A stretch of 64,000 nucleotides of DNA, taken from NCBI GenBank assembly GCA_040954595.2, contig CM082597.2, positions 124,001-188,000 of the forward strand, in the 5' to 3' direction. Of this stretch, positions 13,125 to 24,800 are shown piece after piece. The notes below the pieces were generated by a model that was given only the letters and a program-made list of their open reading frames with translations, had not been told where the DNA came from and did not search any database. How positions within the stretch are numbered: the first letter of the stretch is position 1; each line of letters starts with the position of its first letter. The translations under genes and the position numbers were made by a program. The stretch is from Balanoglossus misakiensis. Taxonomy: Eukaryota; Animalia; Hemichordata.

Positions 13125-14765
13125 TATTGATAACACCTGCTAAAAATATTGTAAAAGAAATATTTACAGACAAAATAAATTATATTCTGAAAGGTTAAAA
13201 TAATAGCTGAATACTACTGGTAAAATTTCTACAAAAATTCGAAAACACTTAACAATTTTTATGTGGTGCATGTAAACTGACTAAACAATTTCATCCTTTT
13301 TGACACTTGCCATACGCCTCAGCTACAAATTACCTCTGACAGTACAAGTAACACAATATTCCTCGTCTACAATCAATCATAAAATACTATGTCTGTATTA
13401 AATAATCCCTAAACAAAATTTGTGATATTCCTAGTTAACATCAATCTCATCTTATTGATATCTTGTATCAAAGTTTGTAAGAAGTGAATAACTCCTATCT
13501 GATCTTATCTATCAAAAGATTTAGAAATTTTAACTATTTAAGAGTCATTTTATTTTCACATGATTATTTGCTTAAAAAGTTTAGAATGTTATTTTTAGGA
13601 ATTATAAGTTGAATTTTATTTAGGGACAAAAAATGTACTCTTATGTAAGATGATGATGAAATAATCATGATCATCGCCTAGGATAGTGGCAATAGGAAAT
13701 ACTTGGCCATAATGTAACATCAAACCATACATGCCTTTTAGGATATGGAGGACATACCATGAGAGAGAAAAAACTAAATTCATTGCAAGAAAATATGGGA
13801 TTCCCATTCCATGAAGGACTACAGAGTTGATTATGACATCAAGATTATTTGTCCAATGATTAAACTCAAATGAGACATTATTCTGCTAAAAATTATGACA
13901 AACCTGATAAGTACCAGAATGTTTGGAATGTTAATATATTTGAGGTTAAATCCATGCCTGTTGTCCCGCATAAACCCTAAAGCATAGCACCCCTTGATCA
14001 CAGAACCCTTCAGATATTCTCTTGATTAAATTTAAAGCTATCTAGGTTTAACAACTTTTGATCAAAATCATTGTTTTATGCCCTAGAATTAGCAACTAGT
14101 TTAAACAACAAAACAAAATAGCAAGCATAAGTTCTTTACTTTGACTTTAAACAAAAAATAAGCCCTTCTTTGGCCTGTAAATGTCACCATTGTAAATTTA
14201 CACAATAAAACATAAATATACATAATAGTATCTAAAAAATGCCATTGTACCATAACTCTTACAGGGACAATCTCACTTGCCTTGGAAGTATTATGTTTCC
14301 AACAAATGTATTCAGACAACCGTCAGCTAAATTCACATGAACATAAAGCAAGTGTAAAGTGATAAACTGAATTCTTTCAAATTACATGGAGATCACTCAC
14401 TGCATGGTTCTAATGAAGTCACATATCCCTCAATCCTCACCCCACAAGACCCACCCACCCTATCATATCCCCCATCCCACTAATTTCCCAACGACTGTAG
14501 CACAGTACTGTAGATATCCAATAATTTATCCTGATTTGTACCATACAAGACTGCACTGAATGAAATCTGTGACGTCTGCCACTCGTAGATTGAATTGTTC
14601 ATTTTGTATGTGGTCAATCAAGAAGGGCAGTCTTCAATGGGACAAATCGGACAGATTTGTGGGTAATTCATAGTACTGTGCATAAATTTAACCGACATAA
14701 ACATTGGCACAAACCATTAGCCAGAAACGCGTGGGGGTAGACAGATTGAAATCACATGACAAATG

Positions 14766-17400
14766 TCATACATCATACTGTGCAGCAGGAACGTAAGATG
14801 ATGAAGATAGTTGTTGGCATGGAAACAACCACAAGATCATAGGTCCTCTTCCAAAGACTTCACTAAGAAGTGCTAGTTTGGGTTTTTTGGCTCTGCTTAC
14901 ATCGTCACATTTCTTTTGGACAGATTCCACCCCGGTCTCATCATCAAAGATGGCTGTCAACTAAAAAAAAATTAACATTGTATTCTTAAAAATTCTTCTT
15001 TTAAACATGAAATAGTCATCATACTCATGCCAAGTCATCCAAGGAATTCATAAAAATGCACAATAACCATGGTAACTATTACTTACCTGATCACAGAGTA
15101 TGGCAGTAACAAAAAGTCCAAACAAAATGGATTCAACAATCAATACAACCGTATGAGCACTGTGGATACAATTACAGAAAACAAATTATTTCACTACAAC
15201 TTGAAAAAAATATGGTGTTTCTTGCCATCTCAGGACTAATGTACATTGCCTAAGGTCTGTCAAATATCTTTCACCGTTCACATTAATTTCATACTCATCT
15301 ATACAAACCTGATAAACTGTATGATTTAAGCATAATCATGTCAAATTGGTTAAATTGGTTTGGCAGTAAGACAGCTAAAAATGCAAACAACCACTGCACA
15401 AGTGGTATGAAATGGGAAACCAAATGTATATCACATCTAATAATGCTATAATCATTTCCAGAACTTACATTTTCCTACTCTGATTGGCAGTTGATATTTC
15501 ACATTCCTTACAATCCACCAACCAGCTGACAAGAACAAGAACAAGGCTATAAACACTGGCCACACCTGGAGTAGAAAGAAACACAATGCGTTAGAGATGT
15601 GTGTGTAGTGTAAATAGAGAGGTGGCCTAACAGACAAAATCACACCTGCGTAAGTGTTCAGCTTACAGAATACCACATTAACCAATAAATGCACTTTACA
15701 TGCGAGAAATAATGTGTCCTCCTCAAGCCGTTTTCATTATTACAATTCTCAAATTCAATCATGGTGCTAAAATCATTTCCTTAAACAAAAACTTACCTAC
15801 ATAGAACAGAAACTGAATAAAAAACTTTTGATTGAATTCACCAACACAATTATTTATCCTGAAAAATAAAGAAACATGATTTGAACTATTTTCTTGAATT
15901 ACATGTAACATGTTTTGTATTACGGTATCATGGCAGACACAAATATCAAACACTGTTTTCATGTCAATGGATTTGGAAAAATCCTTTTAAAGTTTTAACT
16001 ATCGGTACATGTGTAAATTTGATGCAATTACACCTTAGTACAAACCCACTGGTAAATATCACACAGACATGATGATTGTTGCCTGGCGGCTGAAATATTT
16101 CAATTTGCGTAAATAGTTCTGAACACTAACCATGGACAATGGTGATCCATCTTGCGTATGCATCTTCGACAAATCCGACAATGATGTGCTCGCGGTGGTC
16201 GATATGTTTCACATCGTTGACACACAGTCCAGCTTTCACCCTCCTGAAATGAGAAATAAAATTCACAGGGTGAGATAGGGTGGTGTTACAGGAATATGGA
16301 GTTCAATCATCTTTGGAATTCATTCTCTCAAACTTAGATGATATGGATGTGAATCGAGAGAGATGTGGACAGAAAGAAAGAAAGAACCATATCTCTACAT
16401 TTGATTTTAAAATCAAATTAGACAGAGATACAACCAGAATAATACCAACAGGATATGATTTTACTGGCACTCTTGTCAACCTGGGATTCATTATATGGAG
16501 AGTGAACTTCTTGTCTATATTACTACTGATATATTCTATGGATTTATACTCAATGAGATCAGCATACCAATAGATGGCTAAATACAATATTTGATTCAAT
16601 TATATTCTATTCTGCTCTGGTTTGTTTAACTGATAAGAAGAATCCTTAGACAAGCCACAATAATCAGGTTTAACAACATGCTGTAGAAACAAGAACTTTG
16701 TGGCTGACATCAATCTGTGATGTAAATATATGCAAACAGAGTTTGTATCAAGTTTTCCTCCACAAAAGAGTGCTTGTTATTACCAGTACTATAGGGGGTT
16801 CTTACCAAGTCTGCAAATGGTTGTACTTGTGTTATATATACACCTGCGTTAAATGTGCATATACCTAGGGGGTTAATTATTCAATGCTACTTACAGAATC
16901 AAACTGTGGTTGTACCAGCAGTAGACCCAATTTACCTTATTCCCTATACTTTACTGCCATACATCCCAAACTGCAGTGCATGCTATCTGCAGGCTGGAAA
17001 TTGATATTTTTTTTTACCTCAAATTCTTCTATTGGTAAACTTTGACAGTATGAGTAGAGAAGTGTTTCTGAATAAAAAATGGAAGACTGGATACACCAAG
17101 ATGCAATGTGTTAGAAGTTTCATCAACTCTAAACCCTTTCACCACCATGGTTCAGTCCAACCCCATTGTTTTTTATAGTAAGGTTGGACCTCTACAGAGG
17201 GAACTGGGGGTGAAAGGGTTAACGACAAACACAAACTGTTGCTCTCATCTTTCTTTGCACATGAATTCAATCACAACCTCAGTGTAAACATTTTTATGGA
17301 AATATCAAGAAAGGCATGAAGAGCACTACATGTACTTTTGTGGAGCTCCATGGTATTAGAATTAATGTGATCTTAACTCAGTTGCTGCTGACATTGCTGT

Positions 17401-17478
<78 letters not shown>

Positions 17479-18602
17479 CAATAAATGGCTTACCTTGTCC
17501 AAAACTTTCTTTGGTGGTTGGCCAGCTCTGACATCAGAAAAATCTAAAGCTGTTGAAGGCAGTGGTACAATGCCTGTTTTAAAAAGTTGAAAAAAGAAAA
17601 AGATGAAATTTACATTAATTTCTGTATGTGACTGATATAATTTTTGTCAAAATCAACAAAAACAATTATGTTTATTGTTCAACCTGCAGGCCATTCAACA
17701 TCATTCACCAACATTGTGAAAACAGTAAGAACACTCATTCAACATCAGTCAACTTAATATTTTTACCTGTATTTTTGTTTTATAAAATAAATAACATAAG
17801 ATCAGGGGTGTTTCAAGGAATAATCTGAACAAAGTGTAAAGCGTTTCACTTACCAGGGTCAGAAAATACAGCTCTGGCATGTGACATCAGCAGGAAAAAT
17901 ATTAAAATATTAAAAAGCACTGCATTGAATCCTCCCCATAAACTGCAAAGTCGAAAAAGAGAGAGTTCATGTCAACTATACATTACAACAAATTTTTGAC
18001 CAAAGGCAAAATTTACAAAAAATATTGAAAAATACAATTTTGCTAATTTTGTTAGTTTTTGATCAAATCTGATAGAACATCTCTGAATACCATTTCATGA
18101 AGTTAAAGAGCAAATGGAGGAGCAGGTTTAGAAATAAGATTTTGACAATAACACATGAAGAAAAATACTAGTAATATTCTGTGATTCACTGCATTGTGCA
18201 TTCTGAATGAGATGCAGATGCACTGAATCATTCGCCAGTTTCCAGCACTTGAGGTCCTATGCACAACTTGTACTGGAATATACTTGGTCACTGACAAACG
18301 ATCAAATGTGGTCTGTAAAGAGTGAGAGATCGCTCGAGAATACATTTGATCGCTATGTGCTGCACCTACAGGCTACACCTGTGCAGGTAGTTCTGTGACA
18401 ATAGTACCTGCACTGACTCACTCAGCTGAGGCTCAGCAAAGTTCACAGTAAAATTTAAACACAGAAAATGACCAACTGCCTACCTGTTTGACAAAGAAGG
18501 TATAATTAACCATTCTATGACGACGTAATCTGCGTAAAATACAGCGGTGTAGGTTATAACGATACAGGTAATACCACAAGGATCTGCCCTGAACACCACC
18601 AT
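14766..18602 (-). CDS. DHHC palmitoyltransferase, ZDHHC3/ZDHHC7 (GODZ)-like
   Basis: Exons ~18602-18484, 17942-17853, 17573-17494, 16243-16131, ~15857-15796, 15565-15468, 15160-15087, 14960-14766. Product '[18 protein letters not shown]...[16 protein letters not shown]...[44 protein letters not shown]...DETGVESV...EVFG...YDV*'. A long 3' UTR probably extends to an AATAAA near 11750. Confidence 0.93.
17131..17222. mobile_element. ~90-bp MITE with (TT)AACCCTTTCACC...GGTGAAAGGGTTAA ends (piggyBac-type termini)
   Basis: Terminal inverted repeat AACCCTTTCACC / GGTGAAAGGGTTAA; degenerate relatives at ~22549-22634, ~26427-26512 (reverse orientation), ~35109-35188 and ~40341-40430 (the last shares the internal GTTGGACCTCTACA). 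Confidence 0.6.
17401..17475. repeat. (TGA/ATG)n trinucleotide microsatellite, ~25 units, in a ZDHHC intron
   Basis: Perfect TGATGA run next to a minus-strand donor; it produces the spurious poly-Met ORF 17316..17531. Confidence 0.95.
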
Positions 18603-18828
18603 TTTGGATACGTCATTCGACCCTCTAACTTACTGGAGATTCTCTCAGGTTAACTTCAACCACGCCCTCTACGTCAAGTGTAAACCAATCAACACAGAAA
18701 ATGGCAGAGACTGTGTCGGATTTCTATGTTTTCATTTCCTGGTTTTGAAGAACGCTAATTATGAGCCAACTAGGAGAAATCGGGGTTGTTCTATCACAGT
18801 AGCTCTACAGTACTAAGTCCAGAGCAAG
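18603..18828. promoter_or_regulatory. Compact bidirectional promoter, ZDHHC (-) / PAG-like (+)
   Basis: Only 226 bp between the divergent ATGs (18602 and 18829); CCAAT box AAACCAATCA at ~18682. Confidence 0.7.
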
Positions 18829-21800
18829 ATGGGATCGTTTGTTATTAGTTTTATTCTCGTGTTTACGACGCTGACGTGCTCGAAATCTGCACCCCTCAAT
18901 GGCAAGGAATCTGTCGTTGTCTCCTCCTTGACCGAGATCTGCAAGTTTACGATCGCTGGAGTGAGCGATCAAGCCATCGGTACAGAAACACTTTTCTATG
19001 AGGGAAGCAAAGTCGATGATACGACAGTTTGTCGCTACCATTTTCAGCAAGACGCTGCTGGGCAAAGCAAGTGGTCAAATTATCAGCAGGTAAGAATCGC
19101 TGTACTGTGTACACACTAACGAGTTACCTCCCCTGACCCCTCCCAATGATCAATGATACTACAAAAATTGTATATCAATCAATATCCATACGATCGCATA
19201 CTGGAGTATTCGATATGATGTTGTCTTGGTGGTGTATCGGCTGTTGTACGCCACTAGAAATTTGGGTAATGCTCAACAAATCTGATCATTTACTGGTTCT
19301 TTAAATCTCTTCACGGATGTCCGCCACACTAGTGTGGCGAGAGCATCAAAGAATGTAAAGATTGAGCTAACTGGTATCTGATTTTAATCAAGATTGATAT
19401 CTGCCCTACTTATCAAGGTTGTTTGGGCAGGGATCAAACAACACATATACACATCAAGTTTATTCTAGTGTGCAGTTCTTATAACTTTTAACTTTGCAAG
19501 TTAGTATATGTTCACAAAAAAACTAGAGCCATATAAGGTAAATTAAAACCTACTTCTTCCTCCTGAAACAGTGACCCTGTTCTGGTCTATTAGTGATTGT
19601 TCTTTTGCAAACATTGCCAGTAGTTCGTTAAGTATTTGAGTATCAGAACTTTTGTTCTCTTTGTGGAACAGTTCCCTAAAGAGAACAAAAGTTGTGATAC
19701 TCAAATACTTAAATCACATCCATGTTCTATTTAAACAGAAATTGCAAATGGATGAAAACTGTTTGGGTTTAAAGCACCGATCATGTTTTCAAAGTACTTT
19801 GATCTTTTTTATGTTTCGTTGAGTTAAGTTAATAAAGTTGAGCTGTTAAACTAAAGTTGTTTGTCTGGATGGTGACAAGTTAAGTGATCATAAAGGGAAC
19901 ACTCATTGAAAACTATTCAGGTCATAATAAGGACAATTCTAGAAGATAATATATAGTGTGACACAGATACTCGAGTTGCATTTGAAAACAAGGAAGTTTG
20001 CTCAACAAAAATCAAATCATTGAAGTGTAAAGTTGGGCGTGCTCTCGAGGTTTTCTTTGGGAAAATCTCCAAAGATGGTTTAGTCACTTCATTACTCAAT
20101 TAAATGCCCTTTATTTGAGAATCTAGTCATTTTAATTAGTAACATATAACTTCCGGTGTTACGCATTTAACTGTGAAAGGATTTCTGTGTTCACACTCTT
20201 TCTTTTCATGACAAATTCCAAAAAAGGGGGAAAAAAACATTTCTACTTAACAGTTTGCTTGACAGTTTCAGTGCGTAGTTAGGTTCTGTTTGCTAATAGG
20301 TTGTATTTTATAAACTTAACTACAGACCTGACAGTTTAATAGTATGTGATTTTATTAGTGATCGTATGACATGATGACACATCTGTGACAAAGACTTCAT
20401 GACTGAGGTAATGGCAGTAACAGTAGGGCTGACTAATTTCATTATATTGCAAAGTGACTCACAACACACAGGAATCTTGTTCAGTGTACAATGTATTAAT
20501 CCATATTAATCTGGTTATCCAGACCTACGTAAAGCTACTAGTATTTAACCTGAGCTAGCCTGTCTAATATCAATCATGTTGTTCACACTCACAGGACAAT
20601 GAAAGAGATATTACTTGCAAGTTGATTCTCTCTGTTTTTCCAAATATATTTCATCGCCAAAATTGTGACAAGACTTCGCTATCCTTGGCAGTGAGGTGTT
20701 TAGTGTTTGCTTTGAAAAATGAAGTATGTTGTTGATTGTTGCCAATAATAAATCATTGGCTGTATGTACTGTTTGCTTTGGTGCCACTGGGGGCAAAGAG
20801 AACTTAATAACGTGGTACCACAGCCAAGTGTAGCGGTTTGAACTTCTTCATACACACAGTACAAATCTAGATTTATTTTCTGATCTCTTGATACATATAC
20901 TACATGTTAGTTCAATGTTAGCTTATTGCCACTATTGTTTTGTGTAGCTTGTGTCATCCGATTGTGTTCTTGTACATGTATGCACCATTGCAAGATTTAA
21001 AAAATATGAGCACTGATAATCCCTCAATAGAATGGATCTTCATGGAAGGGCTATGTGTCTATAGCGGCTAAGACACACAGCCTTGCTACGCAGAGCTAAT
21101 AAGGAGAATGCCCTTGAAAATGTAGGCAATTTATACACAGATACCAGATTAGTTGATAGCGACACGTAATTGCTGTTATGCAAATTCAGGGTTTGCCAAG
21201 GACCCATTATGAATTGCTTTACAGAGGTCACATGCAGACCATATGACTGTAGCACAAGTTTACCTGTATTCTTTTGAAATGTTTGCTCCTCCAGTGTCAT
21301 TAAATTCTATCCATTCTTTCTTTCTTTACATCAGGCATTTACCAATGATGTCCGTGATCTAGATGATGTTGTGTTGGAGTGTAAACTAAAATCTGGTGAA
21401 ATAGTCCGGTCATGCCTGCAACAGAAAACATCAGGTACATATAATGTGAGTGAGTGAGTGAGCCAGCCAGCCAGCCAGGTTGAATGGATTGAAGGATGGA
21501 GGCTGAGATACAGTGAGTTCAAGAGATTGTACTTCTATGTTACATGTGAAAACTATAAGTAAGAATTTTTGTTTGAAATTGTCACATTCCAGTTGAAACT
21601 GATATCAAGAAATTACCAACAATAAAGTTGAGCAGACGACTGCTTTCAGCAGAAAGTGATGATTGGAAGGATACAGGCAGTGATTTGGTCTCAAGAGGAG
21701 CTGTGATTGGTGGACTCGGTGGAGTGATACTTCTGGTTATTGTGATTATACTCTGTGCTGGTAAAGGTGAAAAGTGAGTATTTGGCCATTTGAACCTTTT

Positions 21801-24800
21801 TCTTGTTTTCAAAAGGACTCCCCACAAACTTTAATACTAAGTGGCAAAGTATGCGGTTTTGAAGGCTATAATTTTTCTGAAAATCTGAAAATGCCACCAC
21901 TGACATCTTTCTTTCTTTTTTTCTTGACAGGGAGGAACCAGTGAAAGGAGTAAGAATCAGTAGACTATCCAGTTTTCAAGTTGGAGTAAGAACTTCTCAC
22001 CACCATGCTTTTAAAAATGCTTAAAATCTACTATGCAATGCTATCAGCATGCTCCTCCTCAAGGCTTACATTAGATATAGGCTGACAAGTTTTAGGAGTG
22101 TATAGGTTATCTATAATATATAGGCTTGGGTTGATAAGTTGTCTGAGGTATCTCTAAGATATGGGCTTACATGTACCGGTCAGTATTGTTTGGTTGAACC
22201 CCTATGGCTGTCATTAAGACTCAGACTCTCACCATACATGACCCCTTAACATAATTTTTCAAATGTACCTCAGTACATGTAGACCCATATTCTGTTGGCG
22301 TAAAGCATGAGAAAAATACTCTGCCAGAGGAATGTAATGTAATCAATACTTGCAAGGTACTGGGGTGGTTCATGCATGAAATTTTAACATGAATATCTCC
22401 CTGTGTGCCTGGTAGAATGTCAACTAACCACATTCATTCTAGAAATAGCTTGTAATGTGTTTACTTCATTTGCTTTTACTACCATTAGTTGAGTTTTGAT
22501 ACTTTTGAAAACTAATGCTGCTCTTTGTCTGCTTGTGGTGAATATTGACACCTTTCACCCCCAGATCATAGTTCAGTCTTCCTCTTTAGAGTTGCATGAG
22601 CCAACCCATGGACTATGATACAGGGGTGAAAGGCTTTAGTAAAAAAATGACACAATTTCTATGTACGTGAGAAGTTAAATACCTTACTCAATCAATTGAA
22701 ACTAGCTCTCTTCTCTGTCTTTGAGTAGCAATAATAGCCTTTGTTTAGGCAGCTCAAATTTAAAGGATCTTTCCCAGTTTGGTTAGAAAATTGTCACTAT
22801 CTTCTGTAGTTGTTTCTGTACCCCAATGTACCCTTGGCTGTTCTAGTTTAAAAATTAAAAAGAAATGCTAAATTTGTTAAACTTGGTTGGTTTTAAGTGA
22901 GCAAATATTTCATAAAACAGACTTTCCCTGTCTTATCTATCCAAAATACTTGAGTAGTTTGCTGATAGCATTCCATGTAGCAAAATAAGAACTCACCCCC
23001 TCCTTCCTATAAATGGAACTGTCCTTTGCCAATAGGATCACTCCATGTTTTACTGGAATTTGGGGGTGAGTTGGTGAGGTGGTGGTGTAAAAGTATCATT
23101 AATCATTAGTGTGGCAAAACCAAAACAGCTCACTGATGACAATTTGTGAAAATGATGCAGATGCAATGATGCAACCCATTGATGAATTCTATAGAAATGT
23201 AGTTAAATGGTAGTGAATTCTTTAGATGATTTTTGTAAAGATGCAGTCTGACAGTCAAGGTAAAACTGCATCATAGACATGTCCTGATTAGAGAGATGTA
23301 TAATATGGGAGTAAAAGGGTATATACAGTGTTGATAACTAAAGACATTATCTTGGTTTCAGGGTGGTAAAGTGTCAATGCAAGATGTCCGAGAAGCTTTG
23401 TCCAAGTGTGATTCATCAACAGAGACTGGTAACCATGACAACATTGACAATCGTAACAGTGTGGGTATGGATAGGAACAGCCTCCATGTTGACGGTCACG
23501 TTGGCAACAGCGTTAACAACCAACCACGTCCAAGCAGCCAAGTCAGTACGGCAAGTTCTGGTAGCATGCACGACAAATCACGATTGGTTCACACCAATGG
23601 AAAGTCTCTTGAACGGAGACTACCAGAGCCACCTCCAAATTCTGCACAACCAACACAAGATGATGACACTGATGGGGATTTGTACGACAAAATTCCAGAA
23701 AAAGATCCAAACTACGATAAAGTGAAGGATGAGAATGACCCGAACTATTCTAAAGTCAAAGACCCAGATTATGAGAAAATAAAACTGCAAGAGAAGAATT
23801 CCGACGAGACAAGAGATCCAAACTATGAACGGGTCAATATGGCTGCCGAGGATCCTGCTGGGGCAAGTGGTGGAGATGATGCCAAAGGTGATGACCTTTA
23901 TGCAGAGGTCAAAGGTGACAGCAAGGTCAACCTGGAAGATATGTACACAAAGGTATGATTTCCAAAAATTATGGCTAGGTTATTTCAGTGACAAATTTTA
24001 AAAGTATCTATGTGGCTTAACAGTCCAAGCCCATTGTTTACTATCACATTACAACCTTTACTTGTTTAGGTTGACAAGGACAGTAAAGCAAAGGATCGCA
24101 ATTCCACCAGAGACTCGACAGCATCAGACGATCCATACGCTACAGTCAAAGGTGAAGATGGTGCAGCGCCCCCTGTGCCGGTAAAACTACCAGACCTACA
24201 TTTGGAGAACTCTCCAGGACCATCACCACGGCAACAAAGGTAGAATTTAGACATGCCCCTTTCCCTCGGTGAATAGTGTAGAATATACATTTTTTACAGT
24301 CTATTTTCTCATACTTAGAGGTGACTGGCCCAGAAGTATTACCGATATGTCAGTTAATTTCAAGGGTCAGAATAGAAAAAGACAGAATCAGGTAACGTGC
24401 ATGTATAAAAAAAAGAGTTGCCATGACGAATGGTAAAAAGAATTCTGTTCTTAATAGGACTGCATCCCAAGGCAGTACTTCATCTGCTGGACCTCTGATA
24501 TCACCGATTGACAGACCGTTGCCACAGCAACCAACATCAAGTAATCAAAGGAAGGAACCATCGTACTCTGAGGTAAGAAATGATAAAACAAATTAACCAA
24601 AAAATGATGTGCTGTACCAGGCTATTCACAACCTGTCACAGACAGTCAAGGCGGCATAATGAAAAAATAGCAGATGGCTGCAACAAAGGTAGGTCTGTAT
24701 ACCCTGGGGTGTATGAGGTCTACCATAGAGCCGGAAATTTCTGTATATGACAATATATGTACATATAGTGACTGACTATGAGGGTAGCAACATATGGTTG

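Noticed and set aside
17316-17531. Poly-Met ORF
   Set aside because: Translation of an intronic (ATG)n microsatellite antisense to the ZDHHC gene.
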